A stretch of 64,000 nucleotides of DNA from an uncultured Pseudomonadales bacterium (GCA_964635905.1 CAZWPK010000002.1:141621-205620); one strand, 5' to 3'; positions 20,907-30,865 are shown, counted from the stretch's first letter. Translations and numbers: made by a program. The notes: generated by a model from the sequence alone, not told the origin.

Positions 20907-21971
20907 ATGGAGTTACGGGATCAGTTAGCAGAATCTCAACAAGCAATTGAAAAAGTCTTGCGATCTTTTTTTGCTTCCCAAGGGAGTTCCGCAAAAGAAA
21001 TCCATTCTTCCCTGTATGACTCCGTGCAACAACTGGAAGAGTTTTCACTGCGCGGTGGGAAATCGGTGCGATCGTTTCTAACACTAACTGCAGCCAAGCT
21101 TTCTGGTCTATCACCTAGTGGGGAACTCTATAAAGCGTGTGCTAGTGTAGAGTTGCACCACAAGCATATTCTTATCCTCGATGACATCGCCGATCGAGAT
21201 GAAACGCGCTACGGTGGACCCACACTGGAACATGCCTACTATGCCGTTTTTGGCCAAGATACCGACGGCAAACATCGAGCCTTATCGTTTGCAATGCTCG
21301 ATGGCGTCTTATTGGGGGCGTTGAGTAAAGAGCTCTTACTCTCCACCACCTTTCCACCTGCTGTCCTAGTCGACGGTATCAAGTTGTTTGATACCGTGAT
21401 GTATCGGGACACTTTGGCAGGCTGGCAGATCCATGGACTGCAATGTATTGAACCGCTTCGTGAATCGAATGAAGATTTATTCATTAAAGGTCTCTTGCTC
21501 GTCACCGCACGGTATACGTTTACGGGACCACTGTTGTTTGGACTCACACTCGCCCAATCGACAGACCAAACGATCAAACAGGCCATTATTGACTATGGTG
21601 AAAGCGTGGGAACGGCATTTCAGATGCAGGATGATATCTTAGGACTCTTTGGAGATCCCAAGGTAACGGGCAAACCAGTGGGAAACGATATACGGGAAGG
21701 AAAAAAGACCTTACTGGTGCAATACGCCTATCATCACACCACCAGCGCTAATCAAGAATTCTTAGAGAACTGTCTTGGAAAACCACTCTCATCCTCCGAT
21801 TTAGCAACCGTCCAAACCATTGTTACAGACTCTGGGGCACTAGACTACGCAAAGAACCTCGCCAAAACCTATGTTGATAAAGGGGTAAATGCCCTAAAAA
21901 ATCTTCCGGAGAGTGCGCCGCGCACGACCCTAATCGATCTTGCCTACTACATTATCAGCCGGCAGAAATAA
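20907..21971 (+). CDS. Trans-polyprenyl diphosphate synthase
   Basis: GGKSVR, LDDIAD....RYG, FQMQDD, GNDIREGKKT. Confidence 0.92.
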   Translation: MELRDQLAESQQAIEKVLRSFFASQGSSAKEIHSSLYDSVQQLEEFSLRGGKSVRSFLTLTAAKLSGLSPSGELYKACASVELHHKHILILDDIADRDETRYGGPTLEHAYYAVFGQDTDGKHRALSFAMLDGVLLGALSKELLLSTTFPPAVLVDGIKLFDTVMYRDTLAGWQIHGLQCIEPLRESNEDLFIKGLLLVTARYTFTGPLLFGLTLAQSTDQTIKQAIIDYGESVGTAFQMQDDILGLFGDPKVTGKPVGNDIREGKKTLLVQYAYHHTTSANQEFLENCLGKPLSSSDLATVQTIVTDSGALDYAKNLAKTYVDKGVNALKNLPESAPRTTLIDLAYYIISRQK

Positions 21972-21975
21972 GACG

Positions 21976-22686
21976 TTAGATCTTTTTAGCTAATACTTTC
22001 GTTGGCAATCCATTAGTAAAGTAGCGCAATGGATCGATAAGCCCAGTATCCTGACTAATTTCAAAGTGTAAATGTGGTCCAGTAGTTCGACCCGTCATTC
22101 CGACAGATCCAATTTTCGTTGCAGCGTCTACTTCGTCGCCTTCTTTCACCGAAGCTTCCTTTAAGTGGGCATAGAGCGCCGTAACCGTAAAACCTTGCTC
22201 TTCATGTTCAATCACCACGTAGCGTCCATATCCACCTGCTTCATACGCAACATTGAGTACGACACCAGCGTGCATGGCCATCACCGGAGTTCCGATGGGA
22301 GCACGGATATCAATTCCATGGTGGAATCGGTTAAAAAAGCTAGAGATACCCAACACGTGGCTTGAAGAAATTGGTAAGACACGCACAACCGGCTTTGTCT
22401 TCTTCTCCACTTTTCGTTCTTTTAACGAAGAAAGAGGAACAAGCACCGGAGGCATGGTAGGAGAAATGGTCGGAGTAGGCTCCGCTGTGGATTCCTTTGA
22501 TTCAAAGGAGAGCACAACTTCGGCCTTCTCACCGGATTGTCCCGCAGTGACTGCACTTTCAATGAGCAGTGAGGGGAACACATCCGAAAGATCGGTGAGG
22601 ACGTCATCGGCCGCATACGCAGTCGACTGTCCAAAGAAAATAAATAGTAATCCAAGAAGCACTGTAGTCAGTACTCGTTTCATCAT
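21976..22686 (-). CDS. M23 family peptidoglycan endopeptidase
   Basis: Signal peptide; HHGID, YAHL, TGPHLHFE. Confidence 0.92.
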   Translation of the reverse strand: MMKRVLTTVLLGLLFIFFGQSTAYAADDVLTDLSDVFPSLLIESAVTAGQSGEKAEVVLSFESKESTAEPTPTISPTMPPVLVPLSSLKERKVEKKTKPVVRVLPISSSHVLGISSFFNRFHHGIDIRAPIGTPVMAMHAGVVLNVAYEAGGYGRYVVIEHEEQGFTVTALYAHLKEASVKEGDEVDAATKIGSVGMTGRTTGPHLHFEISQDTGLIDPLRYFTNGLPTKVLAKKI

Positions 22687-22687
22687 T

Positions 22688-22815
22688 GCCACATCATCGT
22701 GGCCAGTGACTTGCGTTTAAACAAGTCGACCCTCTTCGTATTAGGAGGAGGGTTTAAAAAAGCCTCCAATTTCGGAGGCAAAGCCTATATTAGTAGATTG
22801 CTGCTTATTTGTCAA
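22688..22815 (-). promoter_or_regulatory. Promoter (TTGACA-17-TAATAT) and four-hairpin structured 5' leader of the M23 gene
   Basis: -35 at 22815-22810 and -10 at 22792-22787; hairpins at 22762-22779 (+U6), 22729-22753, 22708-22727 and 22688-22703. Confidence 0.6.
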
Positions 22816-22930
22816 GTTTCCACGGCTTAAATCACCTCAAGAGGTTTTTTCCTGTCTTGAGAGGATTTCTAGGCTTTCCTCTGGTATAGACTAGCATTTT
22901 GCCCAATTTCCTGATAAAATTGCCAAAGTT

Positions 22931-23923
22931 ATGAAATACCTCTCCAGCGTCAAAATAGCCGAAAAACGCGTCTTAGTGCGCCTAGATCTAGATCTTCCCA
23001 AGACTCCGACTGGGTATGATACAACTCGACTGGATCAAGGCATTCCTACCTTAAAATACCTCTTAACCAAAGGGGCAAGTGCGATCACCGTGATTGCCCA
23101 CCGTGGCAGGCCCAAGGCTAAAAGTACCCTGTACTCCTTAACTCCGATCGAGAAGCTGTTACGAGCACATTTTTTACCAGAGGAAAATGAGAAAATTACC
23201 CTGCTGGACAACCTGCGTTTTGACCCACGAGAAGAAAAAGGCAGCGTGGTCTTTGCTCGAGAATTAGCCAAAAAGCAGGATTTCTATGTCTTGGATGCGT
23301 TTGCGACCTTACATCGTTCCCATACGTCCATTACCTTTATTCCTCAAGTATTGCCAACATATCCAGGCCTCCAACTCCAAAAAGAGCTCGAAGCATTCGC
23401 AAAAATCCTCAATACCCCCAAACGCCCGTTTGTCGTGGTGTTAGGTGGATCAAAACTAGAAACCAAAATGCCCCTCATTAATGGGCTTCAAGAGAGAGCC
23501 GATGTCATCCTGGTGGGTGGAAAACTGGCGCTAGAAGCTCGAGAAAAGGGTATGGAAGTTGGCCGAAAGGTCATCTTGGCAGAACTGACCAAAGATGGAA
23601 AAGATATCTCAACCGGCGCCATGGAACAGTTTGAACGGTTCCTCCGTGCAGCTGGTACCGTGGTCTGGAACGGGCCAATGGGTGTCTATGAAGATAGTAA
23701 ACACGCAGAGGGTACCAAAAAGATTGCGCAAGTGATCAATGATATTTCCGCCTTTACCCTTACGGGTGGTGGCGACACCGAAGCCGCGCAGACCCTCTTT
23801 AAAGCAGAATCGAAAGTAAAACACATCTCCTCTGGCGGTGGTTCCATGCTCGATTACTTGCTGTACAAGACATTGCCTGGCATTGAAGCCTTGGATGCAA
23901 GTCAACAAAGCTTTAAGCTCTAA
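22931..23923 (+). CDS. pgk: Phosphoglycerate kinase (short form)
   Basis: VLVRLD, HRGRPK, NLRF, DAF...HR.H.S, GGSK, WNGPMG, GGGDT, SSGGG. Confidence 0.92.
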   Translation: MKYLSSVKIAEKRVLVRLDLDLPKTPTGYDTTRLDQGIPTLKYLLTKGASAITVIAHRGRPKAKSTLYSLTPIEKLLRAHFLPEENEKITLLDNLRFDPREEKGSVVFARELAKKQDFYVLDAFATLHRSHTSITFIPQVLPTYPGLQLQKELEAFAKILNTPKRPFVVVLGGSKLETKMPLINGLQERADVILVGGKLALEAREKGMEVGRKVILAELTKDGKDISTGAMEQFERFLRAAGTVVWNGPMGVYEDSKHAEGTKKIAQVINDISAFTLTGGGDTEAAQTLFKAESKVKHISSGGGSMLDYLLYKTLPGIEALDASQQSFKL

Positions 23924-23948
23924 TCTGTAGCAACGCGTTGACTACACT

Positions 23949-24449
23949 TTACTCTGCCATTAATGGGACGTCACTGTACAATTTTTTGGCGAGCTTGGTG
24001 AGAATTTTATCCGTAGTTCCCTCTTCGTCTAGTGTCTTTTCTAAAAGATCCGCTTCCGTATCATGTCCCATCACCTTTGCGTAGGTAAGCGCGGTTCCAT
24101 ACCCGGCTATTTCATAGTGCTCGACACGCTGTGCTTGAGAAATAAGGACCAAATCGGTCAGTTCCTCACTCACGTCTTCTTCCATATGGGTTTTGGCTTC
24201 TTCAATAATGCCTTGCATTCCCTTACAGACTTTGCGTTTGAGCGTAATATCCAGGTTTTCACAGACTTTTTCTAGCCGCGCAACCTGTTCCTTAGTCTGT
24301 TCGAAATGGAGTGTGAAAGCGTCCGCCACTTCTTGATTGACAGCGTTCTTAATCATTTTCGGTAACGCTTTTAATATCTGCTGCTCTGCACTATATAAAT
24401 CAGTCATTTCTTCTGCAAATAGATCATGGAGCGTCGTGAGTTTAGGCAT
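23949..24449 (-). CDS. YciE/YciF ferritin-like protein (DUF892)
   Basis: DLYSAEQQ, CKGMQGIIEE, AQRVEHYEIAGYG, EE..TD. Confidence 0.9.
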   Translation of the reverse strand: MPKLTTLHDLFAEEMTDLYSAEQQILKALPKMIKNAVNQEVADAFTLHFEQTKEQVARLEKVCENLDITLKRKVCKGMQGIIEEAKTHMEEDVSEELTDLVLISQAQRVEHYEIAGYGTALTYAKVMGHDTEADLLEKTLDEEGTTDKILTKLAKKLYSDVPLMAE

Positions 24450-24624
24450 AGGATCCTTTCTGTTACATGAGATTTTCATCCTACGGGTGCTAGACAAGGG
24501 TAGGAACGCGTCCGTGTTACAGCACGGTAAGAAGCGAACTCGTACGAACTGTTTCTTTAGAATTTTTCTGTTTTAGTGTAGAACTAGGTGGTACTAGCAA
24601 TGGAATAGTTTTAAAGGAGTCTGT

Positions 24625-25677
24625 ATGCGTATCGCAATTAATGGGTTTGGAAGAATTGGCCGAACAGCCTTTCGAGTGTGGTTGGCCCACTACCAGTCCA
24701 AGGCAGAGTTAGTGGCCATCAATACCTCCGGATCCATGGACTTAGCAGGCTGGGCCCACTTACTTCGCTATGACTCCAACTACGGGGTATTATCCCAGGA
24801 AATTACCATAGAGGAGCATCAAAAAGCGAAGACAGCAACCGATGCAGACCCTGTTTTAGGGACGTTGACTGTCGCCGGCAAAACAATTCAGGTGTTAGCC
24901 CAACGAGATCCGGCAAAACTTCCCTGGTCATCACTTGCAATTGATACTGTCATTGAATCCACAGGTGTGTTTATTACTCAAGAAAAAGCAGGTTTGCATC
25001 TGCAGGCAGGTGCAAAACGCGTCATTATCAGCGCTCCACCCAAGGGCGAAGGGATTCAAACCTTTGTCTTAGGGGTCAATGAAGCAATCGACACCCATGA
25101 GGAAGCATCCGGACAAACTATTATCTCCAATGCCTCGTGTACGACGAACTGTGTGGCTCCAGTTGTCTTTGTTATCCATCAACAGTTTGGTATTCAAAAA
25201 GCCATGATGACAACAGTACACGCCTATACCGACGATCAGAACCTGCATGACAATTCACACAAGGACCTACGTCGCGCACGCAGTGCCGCCAAGAACATCG
25301 TCCCGACAACCACGGGTGCAGCAATTGCCGTCACTGAGACAATTCCAGCGTTAAAAAACAAATTCGATGGATTGGCTATCCGTGTGCCTGTGGCGACTGG
25401 ATCACTTTCCGATATGACCTTTGTTATTGAGAAACCAACGACCGTAGAAGAAATCAATGCGGCTCTCACTGCTGCCGCTCAGGAGCCACGGTTTGCTGGA
25501 ATTTTAGCGGTAACCAATGACCCCATCGTGAGCTCCGACATTATTGGTCGCCGAGAAAGCTCCATTGTGGATCTCCAGCTGACGCAAGTGATTGATGGCA
25601 CACTGATCAAAGTAGTCTCTTGGTATGACAACGAATACGGCTATTGCAACCGCCTCGTGGAACAAGCCAGTCAATAA
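24625..25677 (+). CDS. gap: Glyceraldehyde-3-phosphate dehydrogenase
   Basis: INGFGRIGR, SNASCTTNC, WYDNE; AAGGAG SD. Confidence 0.97.
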   Translation: MRIAINGFGRIGRTAFRVWLAHYQSKAELVAINTSGSMDLAGWAHLLRYDSNYGVLSQEITIEEHQKAKTATDADPVLGTLTVAGKTIQVLAQRDPAKLPWSSLAIDTVIESTGVFITQEKAGLHLQAGAKRVIISAPPKGEGIQTFVLGVNEAIDTHEEASGQTIISNASCTTNCVAPVVFVIHQQFGIQKAMMTTVHAYTDDQNLHDNSHKDLRRARSAAKNIVPTTTGAAIAVTETIPALKNKFDGLAIRVPVATGSLSDMTFVIEKPTTVEEINAALTAAAQEPRFAGILAVTNDPIVSSDIIGRRESSIVDLQLTQVIDGTLIKVVSWYDNEYGYCNRLVEQASQ

Positions 25678-25740
25678 CGCATCACCGAACTCTTGGATTC
25701 CTCTTACTGCTTTTGCTCTTGGCTTTAGTACAATAGGGGC

Positions 25741-26418
25741 ATGGTTGATCAACTCTTTGAGATCATACGCGTTGGAGTTCTCGCAATCGCGACGATTCTT
25801 ATTATCGTCCTCGCATTAGGGGCGCTCATTCTCGTGCAATGGATTGCCAATATCTTTGCTCCTAAAAAAAATACGGCAGACGAACAAGAGAGTGATACCG
25901 CTGAATTCTCCTCTGTTACGCATGAAGAGGACGAAGAGACGATCCCCCAGCCTGAAGAAGAGTCAGAACTAGAGCGTCGTGAGGATGTAGAAGAACTTCC
26001 AGCCAAGCGAAATACGAAAACGCTTCGACCAATCTATGAGAAGTATCCTCGAATCTATCGACTAGAGATCCTCTATTGGAGAGGGGTCAGTAAGCCTTGG
26101 TGGTGGAATAACTATGCACGAGATCTGATTGAATATGCCAAAGAGTATTTCCCAATTCAAAAAATCAACTATTTTGCTACCTATAACTCCAATTCCAAAA
26201 GCCAAGATTATGAGAACCCCAGCTATCAAAAACGCATCCTTTTCCTTCGAACCAAGAAAGTTTCCAAGCACCCGTTAGTGTCAATTAACTATGATCAAGA
26301 ATTAATCATGATCAATAGCAATGCAGCCTTAGAGGAGATGAAAGACCGGATCGATGCCGAGTGGTATCGCCACTATGACTTCAAAAAAACCTATCGGGAT
26401 AGTGCAATAGAATACTAA
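25741..26418 (+). CDS. Membrane-anchored hypothetical protein
   Basis: N-terminal TM, acidic linker, aromatic-rich C-terminal domain. Confidence 0.65.
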   Translation: MVDQLFEIIRVGVLAIATILIIVLALGALILVQWIANIFAPKKNTADEQESDTAEFSSVTHEEDEETIPQPEEESELERREDVEELPAKRNTKTLRPIYEKYPRIYRLEILYWRGVSKPWWWNNYARDLIEYAKEYFPIQKINYFATYNSNSKSQDYENPSYQKRILFLRTKKVSKHPLVSINYDQELIMINSNAALEEMKDRIDAEWYRHYDFKKTYRDSAIEY

Positions 26419-26482
26419 GTTTTCCTGTAGCCAGCCTGGCAATTTTGAGCGATCTATCTTATACTCCAATTCTTGAGAGTTT

Positions 26483-26557
26483 GGCGCGGTACCAGAGCGG
26501 CCCAATGGCGAGGTCTGCAAAACCTTCGATTCGCGGGTTCAAATCCCGCCCGCGCCT
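26483..26557 (+). tRNA. tRNA-Cys (GCA)
   Basis: Acceptor GGCGCGG/CCGCGCC, anticodon arm GAGGT-CTGCAAA-ACCTT, T arm GCGGG-TTCAAAT-CCCGC, U discriminator. Confidence 0.96.
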
Positions 26558-26605
26558 CAAGAAAAGATTGTAGGAACTGCTTCCCTATTGCTAGAATAAT
26601 CTTGT

Positions 26606-27691
26606 ATGTTTTTTGATTCACTCCGATCTTTCTTCCCTCAAGAATCTTCTCGACACAACGGAGATCATGAAAAATCTTCTCAATCAATTCTTGATGCAAT
26701 AAATATGAGTGAGCAAAAGAGGATGTTTACTCAGTTGATAATGCTTGATCTAAAGGAAAGGAAGAAAGGGGAAGTTTACTATAAAGGATATACGTTGACT
26801 ACCGAGGATATTGAGTCGGTATTACATAGATTCCCTACTGCTGAACAATATCGACGTTTTACGCTTGAACTTAGTTTTAACATTGGTTCTCATGAAATCA
26901 CCAACATGTCGTATAAGCTCATCTTCAGAAATGGGTTTGATGCACTTGGAAAATTCCTCTATCCTGCTCAATGGGAAAACGTAATCGAAAAACCACGGAA
27001 ACGACGCAGAAAAGATGCTTTTAAGCAAAGCAAAAAGTATAGAGATACCGGTCGACTTGATAGCAAACTACGAGATGGATTTATCGATGTAGGTCGGGGT
27101 GGAATGCTTACAACCGAAAGCACTGAAACTAGCTCTGAAAACAGAGAAATACTCATTGTCGATCGAACAGAGGATATTGGTCTTCAAGAAGTGTTAGCGG
27201 ACGCGCGAAAAATTGTTGAAAAAACTTCTGATAAATCAGAAGCACTTTTTTTGATTGCAAAACTCGTTTTTAACTTAATGAATGGAGAGGAAGGAATTGA
27301 GAAGTGGATTGAACAGAATGGTAAGTTTGCCAACACTGAAGTCTTTATTGGTGATTTCGATCAACGATATAACTCTGCGGGGGTCTGCCGTCATATGGCC
27401 TTACTTTTTCACATCGTTGCATCGGATTTTGGTTTTCGTACCGCACTAGTGCGAGGATACTATCGTTACTCCAACATTGAAGAAGCACATACCTGGTGCG
27501 AACTTAACTTGAATGGTAAAAGATTTGTGGTCGATTTGGCAGGAGATCCAAGCAGATATCAAAAAGACTTTGCGCATTTTCAACAAAGTGGTGGTTTTCC
27601 AGAGTCTAATTCAGATGCTCTTCTTGCCAATACATATACCCGGAAAAAATATTTTGATATTAATGGAAAACTGCATTATTCGATAGGATAA
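26606..27691 (+). CDS. Transglutaminase-like / EDR1-type Cys-His domain protein
   Basis: GVCRHMALLF...G...LVRG......HTWCE...VVD. Confidence 0.65.
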   Translation: MFFDSLRSFFPQESSRHNGDHEKSSQSILDAINMSEQKRMFTQLIMLDLKERKKGEVYYKGYTLTTEDIESVLHRFPTAEQYRRFTLELSFNIGSHEITNMSYKLIFRNGFDALGKFLYPAQWENVIEKPRKRRRKDAFKQSKKYRDTGRLDSKLRDGFIDVGRGGMLTTESTETSSENREILIVDRTEDIGLQEVLADARKIVEKTSDKSEALFLIAKLVFNLMNGEEGIEKWIEQNGKFANTEVFIGDFDQRYNSAGVCRHMALLFHIVASDFGFRTALVRGYYRYSNIEEAHTWCELNLNGKRFVVDLAGDPSRYQKDFAHFQQSGGFPESNSDALLANTYTRKKYFDINGKLHYSIG

Positions 27692-27847
27692 CCATATTTT
27701 TACTCCTGCATCTAAGAGTCACCGTATCAAGGCTATAATACAAGAAACAGAGGGCCATTTCTCTCTAAACGGATAGCTCCAAGTGAGACGGGGTGTCTCT
27801 CAAGAGAAATTTGGATGATTTCCATAAAAGTCAGTGATATCTTAATA

Positions 27848-28258
27848 TCACCTAGGCTGTAATGCTTTACGAATCCATTGTTGTATTTTCTCTTCCTGGA
27901 CATATACATCCGGGTCTTCGATCGTGGGCTCGGCAGCGTGGTTTCTAAGAGATATCGTAGGTCTTCCAGAAAGGCGAATGTTTTGAGTCCACATGAGCAC
28001 TTTTTTTCTAAGTACTTGATCTCTTGGGTCAGTGGTTACATCTGCTTTCAGCTTCTCTTGATAATTAAATGTTTGCATTACCCATTCACGGACCTTGGCC
28101 TTTAATACACGATCTTCTTCTGTTTCTTCAATTATTGGAAGATCTCCAGGCAACTCATCAGGTCCGGTTGATGGTTCTCTTTGTGGAAATTCTTCAATAT
28201 CTCTCCACGCATCGAGCGGCCGCCCCTCCGGAGATTCAAGACTTGCTTCTAAACTCAT
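27848..28258 (-). CDS. Hypothetical protein
   Basis: AAGGAG SD, 136-aa ORF. Confidence 0.6.
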   Translation of the reverse strand: MSLEASLESPEGRPLDAWRDIEEFPQREPSTGPDELPGDLPIIEETEEDRVLKAKVREWVMQTFNYQEKLKADVTTDPRDQVLRKKVLMWTQNIRLSGRPTISLRNHAAEPTIEDPDVYVQEEKIQQWIRKALQPR

Positions 28259-28320
28259 AGTTACTCCTTTTCTTACTGTCTATTCTAACAAATTTTATAT
28301 TCCAGGATATAATACCCGCT

Positions 28321-28758
28321 ATGACTCACAATCCAGAGATTGATTTTACAACCGAAGCTATGCTTACCTATGCCCAGAGTTTGGGGATTGGCGGCACGGC
28401 TGTAGCTTATTTTGTTAGTGTCGATTTTAATGACGACATATCGATTGACCAAAGTATTGCCACCAATCGGGTAAGCCGTCCGCGGGACTCAAATCGCGAC
28501 CGTGATGGGAAAAGAGATGTAGGCACAAATTATGTTGGAATGGCAACAGGAAAGACTAGTAGACGCTTGCGTCTTGAACTTGGTGACGACACAGCACTGG
28601 AACCACACAATGGTGAACCAGAAGCTCGTGGGGATGTGGCTTTAAACTTAGGAAGTGTGCTGCTAATTCTTGCATTTTCCGGTGGAACAGAAGATCAAGA
28701 TGTCGAGATTTCACAATATGGCATGGACGCGTATTTGAATCGTTACGTTCGAGACTAA
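28321..28758 (+). CDS. Hypothetical protein, weakly GlcG/HbpS-like
   Basis: A.GK...; RGDV.L...ILAFSGGTEDQDVEI resembles the GlcG-family C-terminus; TATAAT 7 nt upstream of ATG. Confidence 0.5.
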   Translation: MTHNPEIDFTTEAMLTYAQSLGIGGTAVAYFVSVDFNDDISIDQSIATNRVSRPRDSNRDRDGKRDVGTNYVGMATGKTSRRLRLELGDDTALEPHNGEPEARGDVALNLGSVLLILAFSGGTEDQDVEISQYGMDAYLNRYVRD

Positions 28759-28778
28759 GGGATGATGACTAGAATATT

Positions 28779-29138
28779 TTATCGAGATACACGATCATCG
28801 GTGCCTATTCTAGCCATCTCTTCAAATCCTTCCCTATGCCAACGACTTAGCTCATCAATCTCCGATGTAAGTTGAAGAATCGCCCGATATTCAGATATCT
28901 GTGTTAAATCTGATTTATTTTCAACCGCATCCAGAATCTGTGGTTGAAACTGTTTGAATAGTTCTTCCCTATTTTGTGAAAGTTGGATTATTTTCCTCAT
29001 CCATTCAGATTGATCATTTAAAATCCCTTCAAGTGCGCACCTTTTTTTCTCTGGATTATTATCATAATCTGTATCGCTTAAATCAACGTCTTTCAACAGC
29101 TCTTCTAAGCGTGCATCTCCTTCGGATTTTTCTCCCAT
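28779..29138 (-). CDS. Helical hypothetical protein
   Basis: AGGAG SD before ATG 29138. Confidence 0.55.
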   Translation of the reverse strand: MGEKSEGDARLEELLKDVDLSDTDYDNNPEKKRCALEGILNDQSEWMRKIIQLSQNREELFKQFQPQILDAVENKSDLTQISEYRAILQLTSEIDELSRWHREGFEEMARIGTDDRVSR

Positions 29139-29274
29139 AGATCTCCTACAGTAATTGTTACTCAACAATATCACAGCATTTTTGATTAATGCATACTAGT
29201 TAAGTCTCCTAGAATGAGGTTTACGTTTTCTTAAGTTTATCCCGTAGTACTTTGTCTATGGTATCCTACTTTTG

Positions 29275-29877
29275 ATGACACCTAAGAAGGCTCTAACTCA
29301 AGAAAAGGTTAATCGCATTGAAAACATTGATCGCTTCGTTGACTGTGTTCTTGATTCCCTGTCGCTGATAGCAAAAAACCTTGAAGAACGAGAGTTTACC
29401 AACTGTTCTTTTGAAGGAACTGTGCTTACCGATAGCCGCTTCAATGGATCAACTTTTACTGGATGCAATTTTAGTAATGCGGTGGTGTCTGGCTGCAACT
29501 TCTTTGCTGCAACCTTTATTGAATGTAAGTTAATGGGTGTTTCCTTTTCGACAGTGCAGTCACTAATTGGGGTGTGTTTCGATCGCTGCAATTTTGATTA
29601 CGCAGACTTTAAAGGTATGGATTTGGCCAAACAAGAGCTTGGCGGATCCTCATTTGTAGAAACTGATTTTTCAGGGGCCAACTTGGAGAAAACGACCTGG
29701 AACGAGGCTCGGATTGTTCACTGCAACTTTTCCAAAGCTACACTTTTTCAAGCTGACTTTCGGGGAGCGATGCTTCAAGGAATTGATCTTCGCGATGCGA
29801 CATTTAAAGGAATTATTATCAATCCTGCACAAGGGATTCTTCTGTTAGAAGAAATAGGAATTACTGTCATGGAATAG
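29275..29877 (+). CDS. Pentapeptide repeat protein
   Basis: Tandem (S/A/C)x(F/L)xx repeats: FTNCSFEGT, FSNAV, ADFKG, ANLEK. Confidence 0.9.
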   Translation: MTPKKALTQEKVNRIENIDRFVDCVLDSLSLIAKNLEEREFTNCSFEGTVLTDSRFNGSTFTGCNFSNAVVSGCNFFAATFIECKLMGVSFSTVQSLIGVCFDRCNFDYADFKGMDLAKQELGGSSFVETDFSGANLEKTTWNEARIVHCNFSKATLFQADFRGAMLQGIDLRDATFKGIIINPAQGILLLEEIGITVME

Positions 29878-29926
29878 ACAGTTTTTTCTCTGGAACTAAA
29901 CCTTTAGAACGTGTTAAAATGTTTCT

Positions 29927-30859
29927 ATGAGATCCAAGACTCTCTTCGTGTTACTTTGCACCTCTCTCCTCTTCTCTGCCTGTAGTAGATTTACCAAGCA
30001 AGAAGCAGGACTAAAAATCTTGACCAATACTCCTGCTAGCGTGGCACTGGACGGAGAACTCGTCGGTGATACACCCTATCAAAACAGTAATCTAAAAGTA
30101 AAAAAGTATGCAGTCAAGATTTCGCCTGCAGGTTCTAGTCAAGTTCCCTATGAGACCTCAATAAAGCTGCACAAAGGCTATGAAGCCCAAGTGGAATGGA
30201 CGTTTGGGTCTACACCGGAATCAAGTAGCGGGTTTGTCTTTGAATATGAAGATAGTTCCAATGCTTCCGGCGTTGAACTGCAATTAACGGCATCCCCAGA
30301 TAATGTTCCTGTCTCAGTAGATGGGAAAAATGTAGGATTTACTCCCTTACTCTTGGACAACCTCACCGAAGGCTCGCACACGGTAAGTTTGCAAGCTCCC
30401 GGGTTTGAATCCGAGTCCCGCACGGTGATGCTCGTTAAAGGAAAACGCGTACTGATGACTACCAAGTTAGCAAAAGAGGAAAAGCCAGTAACTCCAGTTC
30501 CAGCTCCCGTGGCTTCGGAATCTGCTGACTTAACGGCGACAAAATCTGCAAAAGCGACCAAGACACCTACCCCCAAACCAAGTGCAACACTAGGGGCTAC
30601 AGCCTCAGCGTCTGCAGTTCCAACCGAGGGAGTCAAAAAAACCACGACTGTCAAACCGTATGTAGAAATCTTAGAAACTCCAACCGGGTTTTTACGCGTC
30701 CGTGAAAGTGCTAGCCCCACCGCAGCAGAAGTCTACAAGCTTTCCGTTGGCTCTACGGTTCCCTACTCTAACGCTTCTTCCTCTGGCTGGCTAAAGGTAA
30801 ACTACAATGCCGCACTACAGGGTTGGGTCAGCAGCCAATATGCAACATTGGTGGAATAA
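29927..30859 (+). CDS. Lipoprotein with two PEGA domains and C-terminal SH3b domain
   Basis: Lipobox FSAC; V.LDG..VG.TP twice; FLRVR...GW..V......GWVS..Y. Confidence 0.85.
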   Translation: MRSKTLFVLLCTSLLFSACSRFTKQEAGLKILTNTPASVALDGELVGDTPYQNSNLKVKKYAVKISPAGSSQVPYETSIKLHKGYEAQVEWTFGSTPESSSGFVFEYEDSSNASGVELQLTASPDNVPVSVDGKNVGFTPLLLDNLTEGSHTVSLQAPGFESESRTVMLVKGKRVLMTTKLAKEEKPVTPVPAPVASESADLTATKSAKATKTPTPKPSATLGATASASAVPTEGVKKTTTVKPYVEILETPTGFLRVRESASPTAAEVYKLSVGSTVPYSNASSSGWLKVNYNAALQGWVSSQYATLVE

Positions 30860-30865
30860 TCCGTT

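Noticed and set aside
24478-24530. Two small hairpins between yciF-like and gap
   Set aside because: Stems of only 5-6 bp with no recognisable motif; could be chance.
26454-26699. 81-aa minus-strand ORF
   Set aside because: Antisense to tRNA-Cys and the next gene.
29275-29877. Qnr/MfpA quinolone-resistance call
   Set aside because: Pentapeptide repeats alone do not establish that function.
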